From an uncultured Acidimicrobiia bacterium (GTDB lineage: Bacteria; Acidobacteriota; Terriglobia; Versatilivoradales; Versatilivoraceae): a stretch of DNA of 64,000 nucleotides. The stretch covers positions 32,001 to 96,000 of the forward strand of contig CAWBAT010000007.1 of the NCBI GenBank assembly GCA_963786955.1, in the 5' to 3' direction. Position 1 is the stretch's first letter. Each line of letters starts with the position of its first letter. The position numbers and the translations under genes are program-made. Positions 19,830 through 30,736 of this stretch are shown piece after piece. The notes beneath the pieces were generated by a model, which searched no databases, was not told the DNA's origin, and saw only the letters and a list, made by a program, of their open reading frames with translations.

Positions 19830-20566
19830 AAGATTGAATCTCCTTCCTCAGAATCACTGCGGAGACACCTCTCAAACAATACTTCAAAGTGGCTGCAAAA
19901 ACTCACTTTAATTGGACCAGGATTCAAGTAGGCTTTATTCAGTACCTTGGCCACGGATGTCACACCTTTCCCTTTGATTCCGCAGGGGATGATGGTGTTG
20001 AAATAGTTTAGGTCAGTATTGATATTCAGAGCGATTCCGTGCGAAGTGACCCATTGGCTCGTCCGGACCCCAATGGCAGCGATCTTCTCCTCACCTACCC
20101 ACACACCCGTGGCGCCGGAAATCGTTCTTGAACCGATCCCGTAATCTTCTAGAGTGGCCATAATACAGGCCTCAAGAGTTCTCAAATACCAATCAATATC
20201 GCGGCGGAGGGACTTTAAATCCAAAATGGGATAAGCGATCAGTTGCCCGGGACCATGATACGTAACATCGCCGCCTCGGTCTGTGTGACACAACTCTATC
20301 TTTTTCTCTTCCAGGTCCTGATTGGAAGCGAGAAGATGATTCTTATTACCGGACCGACCTACCGTGATCGTGTGGCCATATTCGACAAACAGGAGGCAAT
20401 CTGGAACTTTATCTTGCTTTCTTTTTTCAACGATCCTTGCCTGAATCCTCAAACTTTCCTGATAATTTTGACTTCCCAGATCAACGAGGAGACATTCCCC
20501 CCTCTTCTGGCTCAACAAACGGTCGTCGATTGGTTGGCCCAGGATAACGTCATTTGGCACAATCAT
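19820..20566 (-). CDS. lipB: Lipoyl(octanoyl) transferase
   Basis: TDRGGDVTYHGPGQL..YPI, KIAAIG, HGIALN, IIPCG. Confidence 0.95.
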   Translation of the reverse strand: MIVPNDVILGQPIDDRLLSQKRGECLLVDLGSQNYQESLRIQARIVEKRKQDKVPDCLLFVEYGHTITVGRSGNKNHLLASNQDLEEKKIELCHTDRGGDVTYHGPGQLIAYPILDLKSLRRDIDWYLRTLEACIMATLEDYGIGSRTISGATGVWVGEEKIAAIGVRTSQWVTSHGIALNINTDLNYFNTIIPCGIKGKGVTSVAKVLNKAYLNPGPIKVSFCSHFEVLFERCLRSDSEEGDSILWI

Positions 20567-20591
20567 GTGCTCTTCGAATTAATCTGAAGCT

Positions 20592-21152
20592 TCAAAAACG
20601 GGGCTGATCTTGACCAGAGGCCGTCGCAGATTTACCGAGTTTCAAGTCTCGAATCACCCGACACAAATAACCGAGAACATCCCGAACAGAAATAATGCCC
20701 ACCGGGTTGTGGTTGTTGACCACGGGGATATGCCGAAAGCCGCCCACGGACATTTCGTGAATCGCGAAGCGAATGGAATCCTCAGGGCTGAAGATGACCG
20801 GCTTGGGGGTCATGACCTCTTTAACGAGTACTTCTTCAAGATCTTCAGCCTTTGTCGCCAGTTTATTGAGCACGTCACGCTCTGAGAATATTCCAGTCAG
20901 CCTCCCTCCCTCCATCACCAAGAGGCAACCGACCTTGTGTCTCTTCATAAGACGAATGGCGTCGAAGACGCTGGCATCTGCAAGGACGAAAATTGCTGGA
21001 GCCGGTTCAAGGTCGGAAATCGGATCCTCCATCAGCCTTCGCTGCATCCCGCTGCGTGCATGTGGAATATCCAACTTCATGAGGGGTTCCAAGCAGGCTT
21101 CACATCGGTCTGTTCCTGCAATATAATCGTGGCCGCATGCAGGACATAGCAT
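20592..21152 (-). CDS. CBS-pair protein with N-terminal zinc ribbon
   Basis: CPACG..C EAC; GIFSERD, FRHIPVV, GIISVRD. Confidence 0.88.
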   Translation of the reverse strand: MLCPACGHDYIAGTDRCEACLEPLMKLDIPHARSGMQRRLMEDPISDLEPAPAIFVLADASVFDAIRLMKRHKVGCLLVMEGGRLTGIFSERDVLNKLATKAEDLEEVLVKEVMTPKPVIFSPEDSIRFAIHEMSVGGFRHIPVVNNHNPVGIISVRDVLGYLCRVIRDLKLGKSATASGQDQPRF

Positions 21153-21295
21153 AGGAATTCCCCTTAGCTAAGAGGCAGGAATCTTCTTTGAATTCTGCCC
21201 CGATGGGTTAGGAATGATTTCAGAAGATAAATGACCGCGCGTGATACAGCCGTGGGACGGCTCCTGACCGTTGCAGTCGATAAAATGCAACGGTG

Positions 21296-22339
21296 CTATT
21301 GAATGGTCCAGGTATCACCACTGTTTAAAAGCTTTTCCAAATCCCCTGGCCCCAAGCGGCTGACCGCATCTTGTACCTGGGCTTCCAGCAATTCATCGTA
21401 ACTTGGTTTTGCCACGGAGCGAAAGACCCCGATGGGCACAGGGAAGTCCGGGTAATCCATGCGGGCCAGCATGTATGCAATACTGGGTTCCGGATCGTGC
21501 GCATCGTGTACGAGCAAATCACTTTCTGTAATACCGTTTCCGAGCTCGACAACTTCCAATCTCATCCCGGCTATCCGGATCCCTTTATTGCGGTCTTTTC
21601 CAAAGATCAACGGTTTTCCATGCTCCAGATTGATCGTCCGATCCTCCCGATGCTCTCTTTCTGTGAAATGCTTGAAAGCGCCATCGTTGAAAATGTTACA
21701 GTTCTGGAAAACCTCCACAAACGAAACGCCTTTGTGTTGAGCGGCTTGAATCAGGATCGGCGCTAGGTGCTTCGGATCGACATCGACGGAGCGAGCCACA
21801 AACGTTGCCTCGTTGGCCAGGGCGACGCAGACCGGATTAATGGGATAATCAATCGAACCAAACGGCGTCGATTTGGTCTTCTTCCCGAATTCAGAGGTCG
21901 GCGAATACTGTCCTTTGGTCAATCCGTAGATTCTGTTATTGAACATCACGATGTTGATATCGATGTTTCGGCGAATGGCATGCATCAGGTGATTTCCACC
22001 AATACTCAGCCCGTCTCCGTCGCCGGTCATGACCCAAACCGAGAGTTCCGGGTTGACAGCTTTGATTCCTGTAGCGATTGCCGGCGCACGGCCATGAATA
22101 CTATGGAAACCATAGGTATTGACATAATAAGGGAATCGGCTGGAGCAGCCAATCCCGGACACAAAGACATAGTTCTCCCGGGGTATATTCAGTTCCGGAA
22201 GGATCTTTTGAGTCTGTGCCAGGATAGAGTAGTCGCCGCATCCCGGGCACCAGCGTACTTCCTGATCCGATACAAAGTCCTGGCGTTTCAAATCCAAAAC
22301 GACAGTTCCGGTATTCGTTTGATTTCCGTTATCACTCAT
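21296..22339 (-). CDS. 2-oxoacid:ferredoxin oxidoreductase beta subunit
   Basis: WCPGCGD, SGIGCSS, HGRA, GDGDGLSIGGNH, YGLTKGQYSPT. Confidence 0.95.
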   Translation of the reverse strand: MSDNGNQTNTGTVVLDLKRQDFVSDQEVRWCPGCGDYSILAQTQKILPELNIPRENYVFVSGIGCSSRFPYYVNTYGFHSIHGRAPAIATGIKAVNPELSVWVMTGDGDGLSIGGNHLMHAIRRNIDINIVMFNNRIYGLTKGQYSPTSEFGKKTKSTPFGSIDYPINPVCVALANEATFVARSVDVDPKHLAPILIQAAQHKGVSFVEVFQNCNIFNDGAFKHFTEREHREDRTINLEHGKPLIFGKDRNKGIRIAGMRLEVVELGNGITESDLLVHDAHDPEPSIAYMLARMDYPDFPVPIGVFRSVAKPSYDELLEAQVQDAVSRLGPGDLEKLLNSGDTWTIQ

Positions 22340-22383
22340 TATTCCTTATTCCTCATTTCAAAATAAAAACTAATCGGGAGGTC

Positions 22384-24237
22384 TTAGACAAATTCTTCCA
22401 TTCTGGTGACCAGTTCCTTAATCGTAAACGGAAGCCCTTTCACTTTGTTGAACCCGATGGCATCAACCAGATAGCGTGCGCGCAAGAGGAATAGCAGCTG
22501 CCCAAGATTCAATTCTGGAACTAGGATGTGTTCAAACCGCGAAAGAACACTCTGCAGGTTCTTCGGAAAAGGGTTCAGATGTCGCAAGTGGACACTGGAT
22601 AAAGATTTTCCGCGGGTTTGGAGCATTTCGACGGCTGAAGTAATTGCGCCATAGGTGGACCCCCAACCAACCACCAGTAATTTCCCTTCCTGTTTCCCGA
22701 AAACCTGAGCCTCCGGGATGAAATTTGCGATCCGGGCAACTTTTTCAGCCCTTAGCCGCACCATGAAGTCATGGTTGTCAGGGTTATAACTGACATTTCC
22801 ACTAATATGTTCCTTTTCCAAGCCTCCAATTCGATGTTCGAGATTCGGTGTCCCGGGAATCGCCCAAGGGCGTCCGAGTGTCTTTTCATCCCGCGAGTAA
22901 GGATGAAACCCCTCTGGATCTGTCCGGAACTTGACGTCTATGGCAGGGAGCTCATTCACCTTGGGTAATTTCCACGGCTCCGAGCCGTTGCCAAGGTAGC
23001 CATCAGAAAGATAAAAGACGGGAGTCATGAACATCGTTGCAAGCCGGAAAGCTTCAAAGGCCATGGCGAAGCAGTCCGCCGGAGTTGCCGGCGCAACAAT
23101 GGGGACGGGGCACTCTCCGTTGCGCCCATACATGGCTTGGAACAGATCTGCCTGTTCTGTTTTTGTAGGCAAGCCCGTGCTCGGTCCTCCCCGTTGAATG
23201 TTCGCAATCACTACCGGGAGTTCGGTCATGACGGCCAAGCCAATAGCTTCTGATTTCAAGGCGACACCGGGGCCGCTGGTCCCAGTCAATGCCAGATGGC
23301 CGGCAAAAGCCCCTCCGATGGCGGCGCCAATGGCAGCGATCTCGTCTTCGGCTTGAAACGTTTTGACGCCGAAGTTCTTATGTCGAGAGAGCTCATGTAG
23401 AATGTCACTTGCCGGCGTGATCGGATAACTCGCGTAGAACAAAGGTCGCTTGGCTACCTGCGAAGCAGCAATAAAGCCGAGCGCCGTAGCTTCGTTCCCA
23501 GTAATGTTCCGATACCTGCCAGGAGCCAGATTGGCTTTTCGGACACGGTAATGAGTGGTAAAGAGCTCGGTGGTATCCGCGTAGTAATATCCCGCTCGCA
23601 AAGATTGCTTGTTGGCTTCTTGAATGACTGGATTCTTCTTGAATTTATCTTGGATCCATTTCAGTGTGGATTCCAATGGCCGATCATAGAGCCAGTACAT
23701 GATTCCCAACGCGAAAAAATTCTTGCAGCGGTCGGCCTCTTTCTTGGAAAGGCTAAGTTCCTTGAGAGCGTTGAGGTTTAATTCACTTAGAGGGATTGAA
23801 ATCAGACGATACCCGGAAAGCGATCCATCTTCGAGCGGGTTCCTTTCGTAGCCTGCCTTTTTCAAGTTCAACTCGGCAAAGGCATCACTATTGACAATGA
23901 GGATACCGCCCTTCTCAAGGTCCGCGAGATTAACCTTCAGGGCAGCCGGGTTCATGGCGACTAGGACGTTTGGCTGATCACCAGGCGTCCGTATTTCACG
24001 GCTGCTGAAGTTGATCTGAAATCCGCTGACCCCGGGAAGTGAACCTGCGGGGGCCCGGATCTCAGCCGGGAAATCAGGCAGGGTGCTGATGTCATTTCCA
24101 AGAACCGCTGAAGTGTTTGTAAATTGCATCCCTGTCAACTGCATCCCATCGCCTGAATCTCCAGCGAAGCGAATCGTGACATTATCGATTTCAACCACTT
24201 CTTTTTCTACTTTGTGCTCGATTTCCGTTACGGACAT
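22384..24237 (-). CDS. 2-oxoacid:ferredoxin oxidoreductase alpha subunit
   Basis: AGDSGDGMQLTG, YPITPAS, QAEDEIAA, QRGGPSTGLPT. Confidence 0.95.
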   Translation of the reverse strand: MSVTEIEHKVEKEVVEIDNVTIRFAGDSGDGMQLTGMQFTNTSAVLGNDISTLPDFPAEIRAPAGSLPGVSGFQINFSSREIRTPGDQPNVLVAMNPAALKVNLADLEKGGILIVNSDAFAELNLKKAGYERNPLEDGSLSGYRLISIPLSELNLNALKELSLSKKEADRCKNFFALGIMYWLYDRPLESTLKWIQDKFKKNPVIQEANKQSLRAGYYYADTTELFTTHYRVRKANLAPGRYRNITGNEATALGFIAASQVAKRPLFYASYPITPASDILHELSRHKNFGVKTFQAEDEIAAIGAAIGGAFAGHLALTGTSGPGVALKSEAIGLAVMTELPVVIANIQRGGPSTGLPTKTEQADLFQAMYGRNGECPVPIVAPATPADCFAMAFEAFRLATMFMTPVFYLSDGYLGNGSEPWKLPKVNELPAIDVKFRTDPEGFHPYSRDEKTLGRPWAIPGTPNLEHRIGGLEKEHISGNVSYNPDNHDFMVRLRAEKVARIANFIPEAQVFGKQEGKLLVVGWGSTYGAITSAVEMLQTRGKSLSSVHLRHLNPFPKNLQSVLSRFEHILVPELNLGQLLFLLRARYLVDAIGFNKVKGLPFTIKELVTRMEEFV

Positions 24238-24321
24238 TTTTTTGAATTTTCCTTAATTCTATATCAATGATGAATAGTCGAAATACCTGATTTAAAAGCC
24301 GATAAAACTGCGGTCCCTTCC

Positions 24322-24789
24322 TTAAGCTCCATCGACAGACGAGAAATTTTGATTGGCTTTTGGAGGCAGAGATAAGACTTCTTGCGGAAAACTCTCTGCC
24401 AGAAAATCGATGATGTTCGAGGCCGAGAGGTTGCCGACTAAGTTCCCTTCCGCATTGACCAAGGGGACATTCCGATACCCGTGTTCGTCCATGAGCTGAA
24501 TGGCTTCAAGAACCGAAGAGTCAGGATTCAAAGTCAGCGGAGATGGTGTCATGAATTCTTTGAGCAGGCGGGATTCATCGACCCCTTCTCCCACCACTTT
24601 CCCAAGTACATCACGCTCCGTAAAAATGCCCACCAGTTGCTGATTTTCAGTGACCAGGACATAGCCAACCTGATTTTGGCGCATTGCTGAAATTGCGTTT
24701 TTCAGACTTGTCTCAGATTCGATGGTAACAAGCGGGCTCAGTACGAGCTGTCTGATCTTTCTTTCACGCAGGGTCTTTTCGATGTCCAT
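24322..24789 (-). CDS. CBS-pair protein
   Basis: GIFTERD, YRNVPLV. Confidence 0.88.
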   Translation of the reverse strand: MDIEKTLRERKIRQLVLSPLVTIESETSLKNAISAMRQNQVGYVLVTENQQLVGIFTERDVLGKVVGEGVDESRLLKEFMTPSPLTLNPDSSVLEAIQLMDEHGYRNVPLVNAEGNLVGNLSASNIIDFLAESFPQEVLSLPPKANQNFSSVDGA

Positions 24790-25171
24790 AAACCAGCTCG
24801 TTTCAAAACAATCTTGGCATGCAACTAGAAATTAACATTTTTGTCGAAGAAAGACAAATACTAAAGATTCAAAAGGAGTTAATGTCAAAATGTTCCAAAC
24901 GAGGTGTTCTCCTGAAGGTATTTCTTAAGGACGAACGGCACAAGGAATTTCGCCGGATTATCCCCTACTCAGTGAAGCTACTTGTTCTATCGTCGTGTTA
25001 ATCTTTAAAGATTAGACCCCGATTGGGAGGTGGCGGAGCGTGGATATATGCGGAATTTCACTGCTGGGTTGCTTAATTCGTCGGCTCGTATGTGAAGAAG
25101 AAGTCATTGAACTTGGCCAGGGTCGTGGATAAATGATTAGTCCAATCCGCCTCTTAGGGGACAGTTCAATA

Positions 25172-25712
25172 TCCCTATCAAGGGGGGAATTAGTTTCGTT
25201 CGCAAGCAATTTATTCCCCCTTTGAAGGGGGCGCAGGGGGATGTCCTATTCGGGCACTTTTCTCTACGGCAACTTTCTTCTCGTGCTTCTCGATCCAGTT
25301 TTGAATGCAATTCAAAACATTTCGCATGTCGTTTTTCACATCGCGATCCTGAAACCTCAAGACATGCAGCCCTAGCTGAACTAAGTCTTTTTCTCTGGTA
25401 CGATCTTTTTGGAACTGCTCACGGTGGCTTTCTCCATCAATCTCAAGTATTAGCTGCAGTTTCGGGCAATAGAAATCCACAATGTATTTGTAAATAGGCT
25501 TCTGTCTTTGGAACGAGTATCCCAGCATCTCGCTGCTTTTGATCTGGTTCCAGAGTAAGACCTCCGCGAGAGTGCTCTTGTTTCTCAATTCACGAGAGAG
25601 AGACTTTAGTTTCGGATCGTAGTATTGCATGTAGTTCTTAAACCGTTTCTTTGGTCAGATGATGTAGGTTTCTCCCTGAGGACATCCCCCTAACCCCCCT
25701 CAAGGGGGGAAT
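25172..25712. repeat. Palindromic CCCCCTTxxAAGGGGG repeats bracketing the DUF559 gene in inverted orientation
   Basis: 25213-25246 ATTCCCCCTTTGAAGGGGGCGCAGGGGGATGTCC; 25680-25712 GGACATCCCCCTAACCCCCCTCAAGGGGGGAAT; partial third copy 25172-25190. Confidence 0.8.
25211..25630 (-). CDS. DUF559 (Vsr-like) endonuclease domain protein
   Basis: RELRNKSTLAEVLLW, FQRQKPI, IVDFYC, LEIDGESH, LHVLRF. Confidence 0.88.
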   Translation of the reverse strand: MQYYDPKLKSLSRELRNKSTLAEVLLWNQIKSSEMLGYSFQRQKPIYKYIVDFYCPKLQLILEIDGESHREQFQKDRTREKDLVQLGLHVLRFQDRDVKNDMRNVLNCIQNWIEKHEKKVAVEKSARIGHPPAPPSKGE

Positions 25713-25742
25713 CGGTAATTCCAACGTAGAAAGGACCCCGAT

Positions 25743-27212
25743 CTACACCAAAACCTTTGTGACCACCTCACCGGAGATATCTGTCAATCGGAAGCTTCGC
25801 CCCTGGTATTTGAAGGTCAGACGGGTATGATCGATACCTAGGCAGCGGAGGATAGTGGCCTGTAGATCGTGGACGTGGACGGGGTCTGTAGTGATGTTGT
25901 AAGAGAATTCATCTGTTTCGCCGTAAGACATTCCTGGCTTGATTCCGCCGCCGGCCATCCAAAGGGAAAAGCAGCGGGGATGGTGGTCGCGGCCATAATC
26001 GTCTTCAGTCATACGGCCCTGGCAGTACACGGTTCTGCCAAATTCTCCTCCCCAGATCACCAGCGTCTCATCCAGCATCCCTCTGGCCTTGAGATCCATC
26101 ACCAGCGCTGCCGAAGCTTGATCGGTCGCTTTACACCTCCTCGGCAATTCCAATGGAAGCTTTCCATGATGGTCCCAGCCGCGAATGAATATCTGGGTGA
26201 AACGGACGCCGCGTTCAGCCAGGCGACGGGCCAGTAGGCAACTGGCAGCATAGGTTCCTGGCTTTCGGGCATCCTCGCCATACAACTCAAAGACGGAATC
26301 GGGTTCCTTGGAGATATCCGTCAATTCAGGCACAGAACTCTGCATGCGAAACGCCATCTCATATTGAGCAATGCGGGTCGAAATCTCAGGATCTCCAAAA
26401 TCCTTCAATCGCATCTGATTCAGTTCGCCGAGGGAATCCAGGTATTGACGTCGCATTTCGCGGTCGAACCCTGGGGGGTCGGTCAAGTAAAGGACGGGAT
26501 CCCCCAATGACCGGAACTTGACGCCTTGATATTTTGTGGGTAAAAAACCGCTACCCCACAGCCGGTCATAAAGAGGCTGGTCTCCGCCCCCTTGAGTGAT
26601 CATCACCACAAACGCAGGAAGATCTTTGCTCTCTGTACCCAGTCCGTAAGAGAGCCAGGCACCCATACTAGGGCGGCCGGCAATCTGGGCACCAGTCTGA
26701 AAAAAAGTGATAGCCGGATCATGATTAATGGCTTCGGTATGCATCGATTTAATGATGCAGATTTCATCGACAATCTTAGCTGTCTGAGGCAGCAGTTCAC
26801 TGATCAACGTACCGGACTTTCCATGCTGCCCAAACTTAAACGTTGAAGGAACCATCGGAAAATGGTCTTGGGTGGAGGTCATGCCGGTCAGGCGCTGTCC
26901 TTTGCGGATGGACTCGGGCAGGTCGGTTCCACGAACTTTCTCCAGTGCCGGCTTGTAATCAAACAATTCAATCTGCGAAGGACCGCCCGATTGGAATAAC
27001 CAAATTACTCGCTTGGCTTTGGGTGCAAAGTGTGGGAGCCCGAGAGAATCCCCAGTTCCTAATTGTCCAGCCGCCATTGGTTTACCTGTGTTGTCAGCCA
27101 GGAGATCTTTGCCGAGCAACTGGGCCAGGGCAGCCGTTCCAATTCCCGTGGCATTGAGGCCAAAGAAATGGCGTCGGGTCATTAACATTCTTGTCTCTTG
27201 CAATGGATCCAT
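25743..27212 (-). CDS. DUF1501 family protein (Tat signal, sulfatase-like fold)
   Basis: [54 protein letters not shown]. Confidence 0.9.
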   Translation of the reverse strand: MDPLQETRMLMTRRHFFGLNATGIGTAALAQLLGKDLLADNTGKPMAAGQLGTGDSLGLPHFAPKAKRVIWLFQSGGPSQIELFDYKPALEKVRGTDLPESIRKGQRLTGMTSTQDHFPMVPSTFKFGQHGKSGTLISELLPQTAKIVDEICIIKSMHTEAINHDPAITFFQTGAQIAGRPSMGAWLSYGLGTESKDLPAFVVMITQGGGDQPLYDRLWGSGFLPTKYQGVKFRSLGDPVLYLTDPPGFDREMRRQYLDSLGELNQMRLKDFGDPEISTRIAQYEMAFRMQSSVPELTDISKEPDSVFELYGEDARKPGTYAASCLLARRLAERGVRFTQIFIRGWDHHGKLPLELPRRCKATDQASAALVMDLKARGMLDETLVIWGGEFGRTVYCQGRMTEDDYGRDHHPRCFSLWMAGGGIKPGMSYGETDEFSYNITTDPVHVHDLQATILRCLGIDHTRLTFKYQGRSFRLTDISGEVVTKVLV

Positions 27213-27293
27213 GCGCTGCTCCTCGTTCCACTTTTCAACTACTATTGTTGTGCAGGCGTCTGGCCTGCCTTCTTCCTATCAGGGAATCATCCT

Positions 27294-30200
27294 TCACTCT
27301 TTTGTGATGGTTTCGTCCAGATTCAGAATTAAACTGGCAATGGTGGTATAAGATGCCAGCTCTCTCGGATCCAGTTTCTCGTCGAGCTCCGATTCTCCTT
27401 GTTTCAAATACTTCAAGGCAGACTTGGGGTCATCGCGGTATTTGTCAAAAAAGCGATTGAACGTGTCGAGCAGTACTTTCTGCTCCTGAGGCTGTGGCAG
27501 GCGAGCCGTAGCCAACCGGAAAGCAAACGCAATTTTCTCTTCGGGAGTCGGGCCGCCACTTTTCAACATGCGTTCCGCCAGCTTTCTGGAAGCTTCCAGG
27601 TAGGTCACGTCATTCAATAGATTAAGAGCTTGTAGAGGGGTGTTGGTTCGCGGCAGTCGGACGGTGCACGTTTCCCGATCCGTTGCATCGAAGGTGGTCA
27701 TCGACGGAGGGGCTATGGTTCGTTTCCAATACGTGTAAAGGCTGCGTCGATACAAACCATCTCCGGTATCTGGCTTGTAACTGTCGCCAAATGAAACCTC
27801 TTCCCACAATCCAGGGGGCTGATAAGGTTTAACAGAAGGTCCCCCGATCTTTTCGACCAGGAGACCTGAAATGGATAACGCTTGATCGCGGACAACTTCG
27901 GCGGGCAAGCGCACTCGCGGGCCCCGAGCCAGCAAACGATTGTCAGGATCCTTCTCCTCCAAAGCAGTCGTTGTCATAGAAGTCTGGCGATAGGTAGCGC
28001 TCATGACGATCGTTTTCAGGATCCCCTTCAGATCCCAATTCTTTTGCATGAATTCGACGGATAGCCAGTCCAACAGCTCTTGGTTTATTGGCCTCTCGCC
28101 CTGTGTCCCGAAGTCCTCCACTGTTTTGATTAGGCCAATGCCAAACAACTGCGCCCAGAAACGATTGACTGTAACGCGCGCTGTGAGCGGATTACTGGAA
28201 TCCACCAGCCAGCGGGCAAAGCCCAGTCGATTGTTTTCCCATTCTTTGTGCAGGGGATGGAGAATTCCTGGGACTCCAGGTGAAACCTTTTCACCCGGAT
28301 TGTCATAGGCTCCTCGCTTCAAGACGAACGCGTCCCGTGGTTTTTCACCCTCCTTCATCACCATGACCGTCTGAATACTTTGATAAAGCCGTTCCCTTTT
28401 TCGTTTCAGATCCAGCAACTCTTGCCAGGCCATCCAGATCGAATCGGGCGAAAAATCATTCAGAAAACACGTGGCCAGTTTATAAGTCTGCGCGGGAGTC
28501 CGCTGATCTGGGGGAATTGCTGCGATTTTACTCACACTCTCCAAGACGGGAAGGGAAGCCGCTTCCTCGGGGGAAAGAGCCCGATTGTATACCTTCACTT
28601 CATCGATGTTTCCATGAAAGCGGTTTTCGGGACCTTCACCGGCTCCTACTCGGAAAGGAGCGCGGTAGCGAAGCGGCCAAATTTCGTCAAACAAAACGTT
28701 GATCTTTTGAGGCACCCCGTTGACGTATATTTTGACCCCGGCAGCCTTCCGCCTGCCATCAAAGGTTAATAGCACATGCTGCCACTGGTTGAGTTCAATT
28801 TTTTCAGCCGTTTCCAGGCGCAGACTGAGGTCGGTCCAGCGCATGGTAAAGTGGAAGCGGATTTTGCCGTCCAACAAATATAACCCGTAGCCTTCGCCCT
28901 GGGGGAGATCTTCGATATGAGAGACAATTGCGCCGGTGGGTGCGGTCGGGTAAATCCAAGCTGCGAGGCTGAACGGCTCATCGTATGCAAATTTTGCGAC
29001 ATCCCCTCCGTCAATGAACCGCTTACCATCAAAAGTTGCGGCCAGCCCTTTCTGCCCCGGAGCAAGCGGCATTTGGCAGTCTGGAGTTCCCACAACTGCA
29101 GGCGTGCCTTCATAGCAACCGCTGGTCAGAAACCCTTCGAAGGGGAGGTCCACGATCAGCCCTTCTTTGATAGACCAGTCGAGCTTCTCCGGATTCTGGC
29201 GAAGTGATTCTTCCCACTTGTTCTGCGCTTTTTGAAGATCGGGTTTCAGAACGGCAAACTTTTTTTCAGCTTCAGCAATCCTGTGATCGAGATCTGAAAG
29301 TCTCGCATCTTGTTTTGGTGTGGGAGCCTTCACATAAGGTTCCTCATTCCCGAAGTTGAACACAAACCCTTTTTCCGGGACGTTGTTGAAATAAGCAAAC
29401 ATCTGGTAAAACTCTTTCTGTTTTAGGGGATCAAATTTGTGGTCATGGCAGCGGGTACAACCCATCGTGAGCCCCAACCAAACTGTGGAGGTGGTCTGAA
29501 CGCGGTCTGCAACGTACTCGGTCCGAAACTCTTCCGGGATGATGCCTCCTTCCGCACTGGTCCGGTGATTTCGATTGAATCCAGTGGCTATCAATTGTTC
29601 GCGTGAGGCATTCGGTAGCATATCACCGGCAATCTGCCAGATCGTAAATTGATCAAATGGCAAATTCTGGTTGAATGCTTCAATGACCCAATCCCGCCAT
29701 CGCCACATACTGCGAGGTCCATCGCTCTGGTATCCATTGGTGTCGGCATAACGGGCCGCATCGAGCCAGCGTACCGCCATCCGTTCACCGTAACGGGGAG
29801 ACTGAAGCAGCCGATATACCAGCTTTTCGTAGGCATTCGGGGACTTGTCAGCGAGGTAGGCATCCATTTCTGGAAGTGTCGGCGGGAGGCCAGTAAGATC
29901 CAAGGATAGGCGCCGAATCAAAGTGGCACGGTCCGCTTCTGGGGAGGGGGACAAACCCTCTTTTTCAAGCCGGTGAAGAACGAAAAAATCAATCGGATTC
30001 CGCGTCCAAGCCTTATTCTTGACCACTGGAAGAGGAGGACGTTGGGGTGGAATGAATGCCCAGTGTTTCTGCCAAGGAGCACCTTCTGTGATCCATTGAC
30101 GAATTAGAGTGATCTCCTGCTCCGAGAGCTTGGCATGACCTGCATAAGCGGGAGGCATGCGAATCGACTCATCATCGGAACTAATCCGGCGAATCAGTTC

Positions 30201-30500
30201 ACTCTTGTCGGGCTGGCCCCGAACTATCGCAAACTTGTCTTCCCCTAGATTAATGAATGCGCCTTCTTCAGTGTCAAAGCGTAAGGCGGTCTTGCGGCTG
30301 TTCTTGTCAGGTCCGTGGCAGGCAAAACACTTGTCCGAAAGAATTGGCAAAATAACACGATTAAACTCTATCGTACTGGGCGTAGATTCAGGCTTGGGAG
30401 CGCCCGATTTCGCTGTGACCACCAAACTTCCATGGCTGATGAGAAGAAGTGCTGCCAATGAGATGACACGCAATTTAGTCTTCGTGAATTTGGACAACAC
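27294..30500 (-). CDS. PSD1/DUF1553 and planctomycete cytochrome c domain protein with LamG insert
   Basis: CFACHG, WAF.PP, RRLSLDLTGLPP, WLDAARYADT, CTRCHDHKFDP, ARVTVNRFW, TNTPLQALNLLN; LamG-like WQHV/DEVKVYNRALS. Confidence 0.9.
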   Translation of the reverse strand: MLSKFTKTKLRVISLAALLLISHGSLVVTAKSGAPKPESTPSTIEFNRVILPILSDKCFACHGPDKNSRKTALRFDTEEGAFINLGEDKFAIVRGQPDKSELIRRISSDDESIRMPPAYAGHAKLSEQEITLIRQWITEGAPWQKHWAFIPPQRPPLPVVKNKAWTRNPIDFFVLHRLEKEGLSPSPEADRATLIRRLSLDLTGLPPTLPEMDAYLADKSPNAYEKLVYRLLQSPRYGERMAVRWLDAARYADTNGYQSDGPRSMWRWRDWVIEAFNQNLPFDQFTIWQIAGDMLPNASREQLIATGFNRNHRTSAEGGIIPEEFRTEYVADRVQTTSTVWLGLTMGCTRCHDHKFDPLKQKEFYQMFAYFNNVPEKGFVFNFGNEEPYVKAPTPKQDARLSDLDHRIAEAEKKFAVLKPDLQKAQNKWEESLRQNPEKLDWSIKEGLIVDLPFEGFLTSGCYEGTPAVVGTPDCQMPLAPGQKGLAATFDGKRFIDGGDVAKFAYDEPFSLAAWIYPTAPTGAIVSHIEDLPQGEGYGLYLLDGKIRFHFTMRWTDLSLRLETAEKIELNQWQHVLLTFDGRRKAAGVKIYVNGVPQKINVLFDEIWPLRYRAPFRVGAGEGPENRFHGNIDEVKVYNRALSPEEAASLPVLESVSKIAAIPPDQRTPAQTYKLATCFLNDFSPDSIWMAWQELLDLKRKRERLYQSIQTVMVMKEGEKPRDAFVLKRGAYDNPGEKVSPGVPGILHPLHKEWENNRLGFARWLVDSSNPLTARVTVNRFWAQLFGIGLIKTVEDFGTQGERPINQELLDWLSVEFMQKNWDLKGILKTIVMSATYRQTSMTTTALEEKDPDNRLLARGPRVRLPAEVVRDQALSISGLLVEKIGGPSVKPYQPPGLWEEVSFGDSYKPDTGDGLYRRSLYTYWKRTIAPPSMTTFDATDRETCTVRLPRTNTPLQALNLLNDVTYLEASRKLAERMLKSGGPTPEEKIAFAFRLATARLPQPQEQKVLLDTFNRFFDKYRDDPKSALKYLKQGESELDEKLDPRELASYTTIASLILNLDETITKE

Positions 30501-30736
30501 TTCAAATCCTCCCAGAATACAGAAACATGAATAGCATTTTCATGAACATGGCAGTATGAGCCACCAATCCATTACATGGCTGAATAATCTATTTTTTCAA
30601 CCAGATTCTCTTTTGTCAATGTTTCAGTAACAATGTGGATATTGGTTAACGGATTCCTGCTTAATCAAAGCACAGGAGGGGAGCAAGGGGATCAACGCGG
30701 CTGGATTCATTATAAGGGGTTTATGGAAGGAGGTTT

